A stretch of DNA of 64,000 bases. It comes from an uncultured virus (IMG/VR IMGVR_UViG_3300048587_001176). Its lineage: Duplodnaviria > Heunggongvirae > Uroviricota > Caudoviricetes. Numbering within the stretch: position 1 is the first letter of the stretch; the number at the start of each line of letters is the position of its first letter. The stretch lies in IMG/VR virus record IMGVR_UViG_3300048587_001176, one strand, 5' to 3'. Positions 54,573-64,000 of the stretch are shown here, one piece after another. The notes beneath the pieces are model-generated. The model saw only the letters and a program-made list of their open reading frames with translations. It ran no database searches and had not been told where the DNA came from. The position numbers were made by a program, and so were the translations under genes.

Positions 54573-55684
54573 TGCTGAAGCAGCTTCTTCCGGCGAACGC
54601 CACCTCGTGGGAGGAGGCGCTCGCCTCCACCATCGACACGATCGTGAGCGTCGAGGGGTCGATCAACGCGATCCGCGGAACGAAGCTGGTCAACCCTCCG
54701 GCGGCCTGGCTGCCGTTCCTCGTCTACGAGTATGGCCTCGACGAGCTCCGGCCCTATGTGCCGAACCTTTACGAGCTGATCGAGCAGGGCATCGACTGGC
54801 AGCGCGTCCGCGGCACTCATGCGGCCGTCCAGAAGGGTCTCGGCTTCATTGGCTACACGGCCTCGATCGAGGAGGCGCTGGCCCGTCGCCACTTCTGGAA
54901 CTCCTTCCAGTTGCGGTTCCCGACGCTGCCGCCGGTTGACTATCCCGACCTCGACCGGATCGACGGCATCGCCACGCTGTCCGTGCCGAAGCGCTCGGTC
55001 TTCCGTCGCGGTGTGCACTACTACGACGTTGGCCCCCTGGTGGGCGACGGCGGCGCAAAGCTCGACGGGTCTCGGCTCGAGGCCGAGAGCGGGGTCCGGT
55101 TGCGGGAGAACGGGCCGCTCTGGTCGTTCGGTCGGCCAACCGAGATCGTCAACCTCCTGACCGAGGAGGACGGCAGCGCGATCGACAATTGGCTCGAGCC
55201 CGTTGTCGGCGGCCTCACGTGGGAAGACATGGGCTACCCGTGGACCGACGCCACTTTCCCGTGGACGGCGGACGGGGTGGACGCTCGCGCAGCGCTCCTG
55301 GCGGCCTGGTTCCAGGCCAACCCCGGCTATGTCTGCCTCAGAGACACGGACGGCCTGATCGGCTACCGGCGCCTACGGGCCCAGTGGACCGTCGAGGACG
55401 ACACTGCCGGCGTCTACAAGGTCGCCAACATCAAGTACCAGCCGACCCCGAGCGGACGCCGAGCTTACCTGGCGGCGCTAACCGGGTTCGGGGACGGAGC
55501 GGGGCGCACCGCCACCTCCGTCAGCCTCGCCTTCAACCTCGTCACCGCTGACGACGTACCGCCCGGCCGCCTGTGGCTCGAGGAGGACGACGTCGTGTCG
55601 GCCGACGAGATCGCCACCACCAATGTTTCCATCCCGCTACGGCCCACCGTGCGGGAGGACATCAAGTTCATCCTGAGGTTCTGA
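54572..55684 (+). CDS. tail protein I (P2 gpI-like)
   Basis: LLPANATSWEEAL...WLPFLVYEYGL...RVRGT. Confidence 0.85.
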   Translation: MLKQLLPANATSWEEALASTIDTIVSVEGSINAIRGTKLVNPPAAWLPFLVYEYGLDELRPYVPNLYELIEQGIDWQRVRGTHAAVQKGLGFIGYTASIEEALARRHFWNSFQLRFPTLPPVDYPDLDRIDGIATLSVPKRSVFRRGVHYYDVGPLVGDGGAKLDGSRLEAESGVRLRENGPLWSFGRPTEIVNLLTEEDGSAIDNWLEPVVGGLTWEDMGYPWTDATFPWTADGVDARAALLAAWFQANPGYVCLRDTDGLIGYRRLRAQWTVEDDTAGVYKVANIKYQPTPSGRRAYLAALTGFGDGAGRTATSVSLAFNLVTADDVPPGRLWLEEDDVVSADEIATTNVSIPLRPTVREDIKFILRF

Positions 55685-58600
55685 TGGCCCACGAGCACGA
55701 GAGCGGCATCCCGAACGCATTCGACCGCGCCCCCGCTCATCCCGAATGGCAGGGCGTCGCCTTCGTCGGCGACCGCGACGTTCAGGCGGCCGAGCTGAAC
55801 GAGGCCCAGACCATCGCCCGGCAGCGGCACAACCGTGTGGCCGGCCTGATCGCCAAGGACGGTGATCGCGTCGAAGGTGCGGCCGCCGTGGTCGATACCG
55901 AGGCGGGAACCGTTCTGCTCACTCCCGGCAAGCTCTTCGTGGGCGGCGACGTCGTCCCGGTCGGCTTGGCTACTCTCTATGACGTGCCGATGGTCGGTGC
56001 CGTCGAGATCGGCGTGCGGGTCACCAAGACCTGGGTGGATCACGAGGACGACCCGACGCTTCTGGGCCTCGTCCCCGGAACGCTGTCGGAGGGAGAGCCG
56101 GGCGCCGCGCGCGAGACGATCTCCATTGAGTGGTGCCTGGCCGAGGACGCCGACGACCTGCCGTTCGTGCTGGTCTACACCCTGAGCGACGGCACCATCG
56201 TCGACCAGACGCCGCCTCCCTCGCTGAGCGGCATCAATGCCGCGATCGCCATCTACGACCGCGAAGCCCACGGGCACTACATCGTGGAGGGCTGCCGGGT
56301 CACGGCGCTCGGCAAATCCGGTGGCAAGCAGGTGTTCTCAATCCAGGAGGGCACGGCCAATATCTACGGCTTCAAGCGCACCCGCGCCGCCGCTCTTCGC
56401 CACGAGGAGCTCGAGGCCTGGGACATCGGCGCAGTGGCGGCCGAGAGCCATACCTTCGTCGGCTCGACCCCCAACACGATCGCCCTGTCGCGCTCGCCGA
56501 TCGCCAGCATCACCTCAGTGCTGGTGACCAAGCAGAAGACGGTTTCGATCACGCGCGGCAATACGGTGCACGGTGCCGACCTGCTGCCCGATAGCTCGAT
56601 CACCTCGATCATCTCGGTGGTGCAGGGCGGGACGACCTATACGAACCCGGCCTCCTGGATCAAAACCGGCGATCAGGTGGACTGGTCGCCCGCCGGCGCT
56701 GAGCCGGCTGGCGGCTCGCAGTACGACGTGACTTACCGCTACCGCGCGGTGGTGGTGCCGACGAGCTTCGACGACTTCAATGTCGTGGTCGCGGGCGGCG
56801 TAGACGGCACGGAAGTGCTGGTCGGCTACACGTACAAGCTGCCCCGCATCGACCGGCTCTGCCTCAACCAGGCTGGCGTCTCGGTCTACGTGAAGGGCGT
56901 CTCGGCTCAGGCCCTCGACAAAGCCCTGCCGCCGATCCCGCCGAACGACCTGCTCCCGCTGGCGCAGATCAAGAACACGTGGATCGGCAAGCCGGAGGTC
57001 GAGAACGACGGCGTCTATCGGCGCACCTTCGCCGAGATCGACCGGATGGCCCGCGTCCTCGAGAACCAGGTTCGCCTGGTGCAGCTCGAGCGCATCAAGT
57101 CCGGCATCGACGCCCGCGAGCCCACGGCGAAGAAGAACACCTTCGTCGACCCGTTCCTGAACGACTACTACCGCGACGCTGGGGAGACCCAAACCGCAGC
57201 GGTCGCAGACGGGTTCATGGAACTGGCGATCGAGCCGACGTTCTACCAGGCGTCGCTCGCCGGTCCGGTCATGCTCGACTGGGTCGAGGAGGTCATCATC
57301 GCGCAGGAGCTCGACACCTTCTGCGAGAAGATCAACCCGTACCAGAACTTCAACCCGATGCCGGGCGCGATCACGATCACGCCCTCGGCTGACTTCTGGA
57401 CGGTGCAGCAGACCGTATGGGCCTCGCCCGTCACGCAGGAGTTCAATCGCGGCACCACCCGCACCGGCCCGCTGGTCGTCACCTCGACCGATGTGCAGCT
57501 GCTGGGTGAGCGCGACGAGTTGATCCAGTTCCTGCGCCAGATCCCGATCACCTTCAAGGTGAAGGGGTTTGGGCCGGGCGAAGTCCTGCAGTCGCTGACC
57601 TTCGATGGCGTCGACGTCAAGCCTGCCGGCGTGATCACCGCCGACGCCAACGGCGAGATCACGAACACCTTCGTCATCCCGTCGAACATCACCGCCGGCA
57701 CCAAGGCGGTCGTGGCGAAGGGTGCGGCAAGCGGGGAGGCCTATGCCTTCTTCGTCGGCCAGGGCACGATCGAGATTGCGACCATGCGTCGTGTCACCAC
57801 GATCGAGCGCTGGAGGCGGCCGCCGGAGCCGCAGAGTTCGGGGAACAGCACGTCCTACGATCCGCAGGCCCAGACCTTCACGGTCGTCGAGGGTCGGCAG
57901 CTCGTAGGGGTCGACATCAAGCTGTGCGCTGTCGGCGACACCGACAACTCGCTGCTGATCGAGCAGGTTACCGTGGAGAACGGCGACCCGACCGAAGACG
58001 TCATGGCCCAGGCCTTCGTCTCAATGCTGGGCGCGACGCCCGGCTGGAAGTCGGCTCGCTATGCCATGCCGGTGCTGACGCTTCCCTCTCAGGACGCGGC
58101 CTTCGTCGTGAAGACGGACGACGCGAACCACGCACTCGCGATGGCCCGCGTCGGCGACTTCGACACGGCGCAGCAGCGGTGGGTGGGCGCGCAGCCCTAC
58201 TCGATCGGCGTCAATCTGTCGTCGTCGAACGCCAAGTCCTGGACTGCCCATCAGGAGCGAGATGTGACCTTCCGGCTGATCGCCGCGAAGTTCACCAACC
58301 CCGGCTTCACCAAGACGGTGCCGCTGGGCTCGTTCAACCTGGTAGACGCCAGCGACTTGCAGGTCCGCGCCGTAGTGGAGCTCCCCTCGGCTGAGTGCTC
58401 GGTGGTCTTCGAGATCGTCCGCGCCAACAGCGAGGTCTGGCGGGTGCTGCCCTTCCAAGTGCTGCAGCTGACCGAGTTCATCACCGAGACCGTGCAGCTT
58501 CGGGCCGTCCTGACGGGCACCGAGAAGCTGTCGCCGACGCTGTTCGCGCCGGTTTGGTTTGTCGCGGGAAAGATCGCTACGAGCGGCAGCTACGTCAGCC

Positions 58601-58875
58601 GGGCCTTCAACCTGGGCAGCGTGGTGAAGCTGACGTCGTACATGAAGGCCTTCCTTCCGGCCGGCTCGACGCTGACCGCCCAGTACGACGTGGCAGACGA
58701 CAACTGGCAGGCCCTGCCGACCGTCGCGACCGAAGTCCTCGCGCTGCCCGGCTGGGTGGAGCGGAAGATGGAGGCGACGGGGATCAACGCAATCCAGGGG
58801 CGCCTGAAATTCACCTTCACCGGCGGGCCCGCTGCCCGTCCGCTGTTCGGGGATCTCGGCGCCGCCGTCATGTAA
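55684..58875 (+). CDS. large baseplate/tail protein (DUF4815-like)
   Basis: ~1060 aa; VQAAELNEAQ, LPRID, FVDPFLND.YRD. Confidence 0.8.
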   Translation: MAHEHESGIPNAFDRAPAHPEWQGVAFVGDRDVQAAELNEAQTIARQRHNRVAGLIAKDGDRVEGAAAVVDTEAGTVLLTPGKLFVGGDVVPVGLATLYDVPMVGAVEIGVRVTKTWVDHEDDPTLLGLVPGTLSEGEPGAARETISIEWCLAEDADDLPFVLVYTLSDGTIVDQTPPPSLSGINAAIAIYDREAHGHYIVEGCRVTALGKSGGKQVFSIQEGTANIYGFKRTRAAALRHEELEAWDIGAVAAESHTFVGSTPNTIALSRSPIASITSVLVTKQKTVSITRGNTVHGADLLPDSSITSIISVVQGGTTYTNPASWIKTGDQVDWSPAGAEPAGGSQYDVTYRYRAVVVPTSFDDFNVVVAGGVDGTEVLVGYTYKLPRIDRLCLNQAGVSVYVKGVSAQALDKALPPIPPNDLLPLAQIKNTWIGKPEVENDGVYRRTFAEIDRMARVLENQVRLVQLERIKSGIDAREPTAKKNTFVDPFLNDYYRDAGETQTAAVADGFMELAIEPTFYQASLAGPVMLDWVEEVIIAQELDTFCEKINPYQNFNPMPGAITITPSADFWTVQQTVWASPVTQEFNRGTTRTGPLVVTSTDVQLLGERDELIQFLRQIPITFKVKGFGPGEVLQSLTFDGVDVKPAGVITADANGEITNTFVIPSNITAGTKAVVAKGAASGEAYAFFVGQGTIEIATMRRVTTIERWRRPPEPQSSGNSTSYDPQAQTFTVVEGRQLVGVDIKLCAVGDTDNSLLIEQVTVENGDPTEDVMAQAFVSMLGATPGWKSARYAMPVLTLPSQDAAFVVKTDDANHALAMARVGDFDTAQQRWVGAQPYSIGVNLSSSNAKSWTAHQERDVTFRLIAAKFTNPGFTKTVPLGSFNLVDASDLQVRAVVELPSAECSVVFEIVRANSEVWRVLPFQVLQLTEFITETVQLRAVLTGTEKLSPTLFAPVWFVAGKIATSGSYVSRAFNLGSVVKLTSYMKAFLPAGSTLTAQYDVADDNWQALPTVATEVLALPGWVERKMEATGINAIQGRLKFTFTGGPAARPLFGDLGAAVM

Positions 58876-58887
58876 TGGGGGTGGACT

Positions 58888-59967
58888 ATGTCCAACACTG
58901 AGCACCGGAACTACCCGAAGCCGGTGCCGGCGCACAACGTCTCGGACGACGTGCTCCTGCTGCAGCAGGCGATGGATCTCGTCGACAACGACATCCACCT
59001 GCTGTTCGCGGCGATCGCTGACCTGGCGCCGATCGACCACGAGCACGTCATCGCCGACATTCAGGGGCTGACCACCGCTCTGGCCGGCAAGTCCGACACG
59101 ACCCACACCCACACCCTCGAGGCTCTCTCGGATGTAGGCGGCACGCTCGTGGCGCCGGCAGGGTATGTCCTGGTCAAGCTAGTGGACGGCACCTGGGGGC
59201 CGGCGTCGCCGGCCTCCATCATCGGCTCGCACCAGCACGTCATCGAAGATGTCGTGAACCTGCAGACCGCGCTCGACGGCCTCGGGATCTCGGCTCAGGT
59301 TGCGGCCGTCGCGCAAACGACAGTGCTCGACGCCGACGAGTTCGCTATTCGCAAGAGCAGCACCGGCGCCCTCATCAAGCAGTCTTGGGCCAACATCAAG
59401 ACGGCCATCTGGGCGGCTCTCGGCCCTGCCATCGTGGGCCAGACGGCCAAAAACACCCCACTGGACGGGGATGTGTTTGTCGTAGCGGACAGCGCTGCGA
59501 GCAACGCCACCCGTAAGGTTGGGATGCTCAACCTCTGGTCGAACTACCTGAAGGGCAAAGCGGATGCCGTGTATCTCGCCATTGCCAACGTCGCGACGGC
59601 CGCTCAGTACCGCGCCAAGGCGGCCGACAAGGTGTTGACGGCGGACAAGGTATTCGGAGCGGCGGCGCCGGTTGACCTGGGTTCGCTCTCCGGAAGTGTG
59701 ACGCTCGACTTCGCGGCGTTCTTCCACGCCTACGGCACCCTCGCGGCGAATATCACCTTCAGCGCCGCTTCCAACCTCGCCCCGGGGCAGACCGGTGTCA
59801 TCGTCCTGACCAATCCCGGCGCCTTCACTCTGGGCGTCAACACGGCGACGTTCATCGCCAACAACGGCGCGGGCATCCAGCTCGCTTCGGGCAAGAACGA
59901 CATCTCCTACTACGTGGACCATGACTTGAAGGTGCACATCTTCCTGGTCGGCAAGGGGATGGCATGA
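58888..59967 (+). CDS. tail fibre protein
   Basis: HxH repeats (HEH, HTH, HQH), fibre-like composition. Confidence 0.75.
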   Translation: MSNTEHRNYPKPVPAHNVSDDVLLLQQAMDLVDNDIHLLFAAIADLAPIDHEHVIADIQGLTTALAGKSDTTHTHTLEALSDVGGTLVAPAGYVLVKLVDGTWGPASPASIIGSHQHVIEDVVNLQTALDGLGISAQVAAVAQTTVLDADEFAIRKSSTGALIKQSWANIKTAIWAALGPAIVGQTAKNTPLDGDVFVVADSAASNATRKVGMLNLWSNYLKGKADAVYLAIANVATAAQYRAKAADKVLTADKVFGAAAPVDLGSLSGSVTLDFAAFFHAYGTLAANITFSAASNLAPGQTGVIVLTNPGAFTLGVNTATFIANNGAGIQLASGKNDISYYVDHDLKVHIFLVGKGMA

Positions 59968-60311
59968 CGCGCAAGGTCGTTCCGGGCCGCTCCATCCAGG
60001 CCGGCTATGAGTGGCGACTCGGCGTCACGGTCGCTGGCGTGGGCTCCTTCGACGAGGGCGCAACCTTCACGGCCCAGGTGCGCCCCCTCGGCAATCTGGA
60101 GCAGTTGCTGGTCGAGCTCTCGAGCGACGACGGCACGATCATTCGCACCTCAGTCGATGCTCTGGAGTTGGTGATCCCTGCCGCTGCAAGCGCCTCCTGG
60201 CCCGCGCGCCACGTCGTTCTCGATGTGGTCCGGACGGACCTGCCCCAGGCTCAGCACCTCGGCTTCCGGCTTACCATTCCAGTGGTCGTGCCAGTGACAA
60301 GGGGTGCCTGA
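59964..60311 (+). CDS. baseplate/fibre adaptor (BppU-like)
   Basis: IQAG...FTAQVR...LVELSS.DG.I...DVVRTD...VTR. Confidence 0.55.
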   Translation: MTRKVVPGRSIQAGYEWRLGVTVAGVGSFDEGATFTAQVRPLGNLEQLLVELSSDDGTIIRTSVDALELVIPAAASASWPARHVVLDVVRTDLPQAQHLGFRLTIPVVVPVTRGA

Positions 60312-60598
60312 TGGACAGCACCACCATCACAATCGAGATCGTCGACGGCGTGGTCATCGAGACCGGCGTCGCCGACGGCATTGCCATCGAGACGGGCGAC
60401 GACGACGCGGTCGAGGTTTCGGTTGACGCCCTGGGCGCCGTCGAGGTGCAGGCGGAGCCCGTGGGCGCCTCCGGACGAACAGGCGCTCAAGGGGAGCAGG
60501 GCCCGGCTGGGCCCGCTGGTCCCGCCGGCCCTCCCGGGGGCGGCTACTACGACGACCTGCCGGACTTCACCCTCCTCTTCGACAACATGCTGATTTGA
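60311..60598 (+). CDS. short collagen-repeat virion protein
   Basis: GASGRTGAQGEQGPAGPAGPAGPPG. Confidence 0.7.
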   Translation: MDSTTITIEIVDGVVIETGVADGIAIETGDDDAVEVSVDALGAVEVQAEPVGASGRTGAQGEQGPAGPAGPAGPPGGGYYDDLPDFTLLFDNMLI

Positions 60599-60611
60599 AA
60601 GGCGCGACGTA

Positions 60612-61781
60612 ATGGCGACTTTGCAGACGAACATCACGAACCTCGCCACCCGGATCGCGACGGAGTGCAAGTCTCTCCGCACGATGATCAACGGCAACGC
60701 CGCGGACCTTTCGGCGCTCACCACGACGTCCAAGACCAGCCTCGTATCCGCCATCAACGAGCTGCAGGGCGCGATCGCTGGCGCAACGGGCATCAACGAC
60801 GCCTCGACTGGAACCGGCGCCACCTGGTCCGCCTCCAAGATCATTGAGGAGTTGGGCGACCTCAAGAGCGAGATCCTCGGCGGCGCCGGGTCGGCCTTCG
60901 ACACCCTTCAGGAGCTCGCCACGCTGATCGGCGAGAACGACGGCGACATCACGGGCATCCTGACCGCCCTCGACAATCGAGTGCGCTTCGACGCTGCCCA
61001 GACGCTGACCGCGCCTCAGAAGACGCAGGCCCTGGCGAACATCGGGGCCGCCGCCGACACCCACACCCACGGCGCGGCAACGACCGGCGCGGCTGGCTTC
61101 ATGTCGGCAACCGACAAGACCAAGCTCGACGGCATCGCGGCCGGCGCGAACAACTACGTGCACCCGACCACCGACGGCAACCGACACGTCCCTGCGACGC
61201 TCGCCGGCGACGTGCTCAAGTTCCTGAAGTCTGCGGCGACCGCTGGAGCGGCCGCAGTCTGGTCGGCCCTGACCAAGTCCGACGTCGGCCTTGGCAACGT
61301 CGACAACACGTCCGACGCGAATAAGCCTGTCTCGACCGCGCAGCAGGCCGCCCTCGACGGCAAGGCCGACAGCGGCCACGGGCATGGCAACGCCACCACG
61401 AGCGTCTCCGGGTTCATGTCCTCGACGGACAAGAGCAAGCTCGATGGCATCGCCGCAGGCGCCGAGGTCAACCAGAACGCCTTCACCACAATCGCGGTCT
61501 CCGGGCAAACGTCAGTCGCGGCCGATGGGAAGACGGACACCCTGACGCTGGCGAACGGCACAGGCATCGCAATCACCACGGACGCGGTGACTGACACGGT
61601 GACGGTCAGCTTCAACGGCTCCAAGTCCACCGTCGGCCTCAGCAATGTCGACAACACGTCGGATGCAAACAAGCCGGTTAGCACGGCGCAGCAGACGGCG
61701 CTGAACGCGAAGGTGGACAGCTCGGCGATCGGCAACCCTGACACCAACTGGGTGACGGTGTTCGAAGCCGCCCTGGCATAG
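60612..61781 (+). CDS. fibre protein with internal repeats
   Basis: FDTLQELA; 2x GFMS.TDK.KLDGIAAGA; 2x VGL.NVDNTSDANKPVSTAQQ.AL. Confidence 0.8.
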   Translation: MATLQTNITNLATRIATECKSLRTMINGNAADLSALTTTSKTSLVSAINELQGAIAGATGINDASTGTGATWSASKIIEELGDLKSEILGGAGSAFDTLQELATLIGENDGDITGILTALDNRVRFDAAQTLTAPQKTQALANIGAAADTHTHGAATTGAAGFMSATDKTKLDGIAAGANNYVHPTTDGNRHVPATLAGDVLKFLKSAATAGAAAVWSALTKSDVGLGNVDNTSDANKPVSTAQQAALDGKADSGHGHGNATTSVSGFMSSTDKSKLDGIAAGAEVNQNAFTTIAVSGQTSVAADGKTDTLTLANGTGIAITTDAVTDTVTVSFNGSKSTVGLSNVDNTSDANKPVSTAQQTALNAKVDSSAIGNPDTNWVTVFEAALA

Positions 61782-61790
61782 GAGCGGTGA

Positions 61791-62024
61791 ATGGCCACAC
61801 TACAAACCCGCCTCTCCGACCTGGCCACCCGGATCGGCGTCGAGATCAAGGCCATGCTGCCGAAGCTGCTGCCGCCCGGCGGAACAGCCGGGCAGGTGCT
61901 GGCGAAGTCGAGCGGCACCGACTACGCGACCGAATGGGTCGACGCCGGGGGCGAGGGGGGAGCTGACTACGGGCTGATCACCTCGTCGCCGACGGCGTCC
62001 GCTGACTACGGAGACCTCTCATGA
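61791..62024 (+). CDS. small fibre-associated protein
   Basis: N-terminus paralogous to 60612; PGGTAGQVLAKSSGTDYATEW. Confidence 0.7.
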   Translation: MATLQTRLSDLATRIGVEIKAMLPKLLPPGGTAGQVLAKSSGTDYATEWVDAGGEGGADYGLITSSPTASADYGDLS

Positions 62025-62581
62025 GCACTGCAGTGCAGCGGCGACGCGGCACCACCGCTGAGCACGCGGCGTTCACCGGGATCTCTGGCGAGATCACAAT
62101 CGATACGACCAAGAAAACCGTCGTGGTGCACGACGGGGTCACGCCTGGGGGAACGCCCCTGGCCAAGGAGGCGCACAACCACGACGCCCTCTACGTGCTA
62201 CAGACCGCCATCGCAACCGCAGCGAACTTCCTCGCCAAGGTGGTTGGGAAGGTGCTGACCGCGGATGCGGTGTGGGACGCGGCGGTCCCGGTCAACCTGG
62301 GGGCCACGCTCTCAGGCAACCTGACCCTGGACCTCGCCACCTTCATCCACGCGTACGGGACGGCCACCGGCAACATCGTCTTCAACGCCGCCACCAACCT
62401 GAAGAGCCAGTCCGGCACAATCGAGATCACCGCGTCCGGCGGAAACCGGACCGTGGGCCTCACAACCTCCGCATTCTCCGGCACGGCCGTCACGATACCT
62501 AGCGGGCAGACCTATCTGTTCAGCTACTTCGTGCGGCAGGGGGGCAAGGTTCATCTGATGCTGGCGAGTAAGGACATCTGA
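62021..62581 (+). CDS. Mtd N-terminal-domain fibre protein
   Basis: MSTAVQRRRGTTAEHAAFTG...EITIDTTKKTVVVHDGVTPGG resembles the N-terminus of Bordetella phage Mtd. Confidence 0.8.
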   Translation: MSTAVQRRRGTTAEHAAFTGISGEITIDTTKKTVVVHDGVTPGGTPLAKEAHNHDALYVLQTAIATAANFLAKVVGKVLTADAVWDAAVPVNLGATLSGNLTLDLATFIHAYGTATGNIVFNAATNLKSQSGTIEITASGGNRTVGLTTSAFSGTAVTIPSGQTYLFSYFVRQGGKVHLMLASKDI

Positions 62582-62582
62582 C

Positions 62583-63347
62583 ATGCTTCAAATGGGACCG
62601 CCTCCGCAGCTTATCTTGCCCGAGCACTGGGAGGCCAAGCGCCCCGCCATCATCCGCCCCGGCGACGACATCCTTCGAGCCGAACGCGCCCGCCTGAAGG
62701 AGGCCGGGCTCCCTGGCATAGGCGGGCTGCTCGGCGGGGCACCACTCCCCGTCAAGCTCACTTACATCACCTCTGTGGGGTTCACGGCCAACGGCAACAC
62801 GCTCAGCGGCAACTTCACGCTCACCGAGGCTTGCGACGTCTTGCTCATCGGCGTCGGGGATCAGGCGTCGTCCTATGGGACGGTGTCCAACGTCACCATC
62901 GGCGGTGTGTCGCGCACCCCGCTCGACGGCGAACACGCCTGCGCGTTCGGCCTCGGACTGTCTGCGGGCACCATTTCGTTCTCGGCTACATGGACCACCG
63001 CCCGCTCTCGCGGCGCCATCCACATCCTCAAGGTCGAGAACCTGGACACCCCGGCTAAGGTTGACGGCCAAAACATCTTTGTGAGCGGCCTGACGTCCCC
63101 GTTCACGCTGGATGTGCCAGACGGCGGCGCGGCAGCGGTGGCCGTCTATAAGGGCGGCTACTCCGGCGACATCGTGTGGACCAACGCTACCGAGGTCTAT
63201 GACCAGCTCATCGAGAGTACCTCGAAGCACGGCTGCGCGTTCTACGAGAACAACGGCGTTGGTTTCGAGGCCAACAAGGTCATCACGCCAGCGTACTCGG
63301 GCTCATCCGGCAACGCCGCGCTCGGGATCGCAGTATCCTTCAGGTAA
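62583..63347 (+). CDS. putative receptor-binding beta-rich protein
   Basis: Position in the fibre cluster; G/S/T-rich beta pattern. Confidence 0.55.
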   Translation: MLQMGPPPQLILPEHWEAKRPAIIRPGDDILRAERARLKEAGLPGIGGLLGGAPLPVKLTYITSVGFTANGNTLSGNFTLTEACDVLLIGVGDQASSYGTVSNVTIGGVSRTPLDGEHACAFGLGLSAGTISFSATWTTARSRGAIHILKVENLDTPAKVDGQNIFVSGLTSPFTLDVPDGGAAAVAVYKGGYSGDIVWTNATEVYDQLIESTSKHGCAFYENNGVGFEANKVITPAYSGSSGNAALGIAVSFR

Positions 63348-63361
63348 CCCAAGGGGCCATC

Positions 63362-63856
63362 ATGCTCTACCGTGAAACCGAGACTGGGTTCGTCGCTTGG
63401 AGCGGCGAGCCAGTCGACGGCATCTTGTACCCGCGCGACATCGCGCAAAAATGGACGGAGGCCGAGCTCGCTTCGGTGGGACTGTTCCTCCCCGTTGACC
63501 CCGGCGTGCCAGAAGGCAAACGCGCGATCGGCACAACTGTGGCGCGAGTTGCAGGGGTTGTATCCTTCGTGCATGAGCTCGAGGACATCCCGGAGCTCAC
63601 CCCCTCGGACGTTTCCCTGACGGACCGGCAGCTGCGCATCGGCCTCCTATCGGCCGGCTACGATCTGGCCGTCGTCGAGACCGCCATCGCGGCCATCGAG
63701 GATCCGGTCGACCGCGCCATCGCGCAGGTCTGGTGGGATCGCACCACCGTCATCCAGTGGGATCACCCGATGACCCAGACCCTCATGGGGCTGGCGGGCA
63801 TCCCGGAAAACGAGCGCACGCTGCTCTGGATGTGGGCCTCGGACATCGCAGCGTAG
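63362..63856 (+). CDS. tail fibre assembly/chaperone-like protein
   Basis: SLTDRQLRIGL...VETAIAAI.DP...W...HP. Confidence 0.6.
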   Translation: MLYRETETGFVAWSGEPVDGILYPRDIAQKWTEAELASVGLFLPVDPGVPEGKRAIGTTVARVAGVVSFVHELEDIPELTPSDVSLTDRQLRIGLLSAGYDLAVVETAIAAIEDPVDRAIAQVWWDRTTVIQWDHPMTQTLMGLAGIPENERTLLWMWASDIAA

Positions 63857-63864
63857 AGGGCAAC

Positions 63865-64000
63865 ATGACATCGCAGACCGGCAAGGAGGGGCGCTTCACG
63901 GCGCCCCTCGTGCTTTCGCCTGACACTCCCCGGCGCGGATACCGCACCACCCGGGAGTTCTCCTACGACATCGGGTTCAAGGGCTCTGGCCTGACGGTCA
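63865..64000 (+). CDS. DUF1353-like protein (partial, runs off the window)
   Basis: Hand translation MTSQTGKEGRFTAPLVL...FSYDIGFKGSGLTV. Confidence 0.5.
   Translation, partial: MTSQTGKEGRFTAPLVLSPDTPRRGYRTTREFSYDIGFKGSGLTV

Larger units (their letters stand above)
1..64000. mobile_element. Temperate lambdoid-style phage/prophage with lambda-type head and P2-like contractile baseplate (partial genome)
   Basis: Contiguous immunity, recombination, replication, packaging, head, baseplate and fibre modules; no host housekeeping genes seen. Confidence 0.95.

Noticed and set aside
62021..63347. Diversity-generating retroelement suggested by the Mtd-like N-terminus
   Set aside because: No reverse transcriptase and no near-identical TR/VR pair differing at adenines in the window; the duplicated fibre domains differ at all base types
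1..64000. Integrase/att site or plasmid partition system
   Set aside because: None recognisable in the window, so integrated versus plasmid-prophage lifestyle cannot be decided

Overview
The whole window reads as one GC-rich, temperate, lambdoid-style tailed phage or prophage. An alphaproteobacterial host is inferred from the SSB type, a GapR-like gene and a GAAC-N7-GAAC LexA box. Layout: (i) 1-8.4 kb, leftward early/recombination genes (DnaJ-domain protein, RecD/Dda-like helicase, 3'-5' exonuclease, PD-(D/E)XK exonuclease plus partner). (ii) 8.7-9.7 kb, cI/cro switch with ATGC-N5-GCAT operators. (iii) 9.8-17.3 kb, rightward replication genes (GapR-like, RuvC-like, SSB, adenine MTase, primase-helicase, candidate origin, HD hydrolase). 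(iv) 17.8-41.5 kb, a ~23 kb, ~35-gene leftward accessory region with a MTase-McrB-McrC cassette, two further MTases, an AAA/vWA-peptidase/DUF3150 module and many small acidic proteins. A ~620-nt structured leader precedes it, and 13 copies of a covarying mini-hairpin punctuate it, 12 of them just upstream of Shine-Dalgarno sites. (v) A lambda-like cosQ/cosN candidate at 42241-42286. (vi) 42.4-64 kb, rightward late genes: an Acb2-like anti-CBASS sponge, lambda-type terminase/portal/protease-capsid, P2-like baseplate and a cluster of tail-fibre genes. No integrase, lysis, sheath or tape-measure gene, tRNA, CRISPR array or reverse transcriptase is visible. The most novel-looking element is the cos-proximal, inward-pointing, apparently repressor-controlled accessory operon with its RNA-level signals. 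All family assignments are from motif recognition by eye, not database searches.
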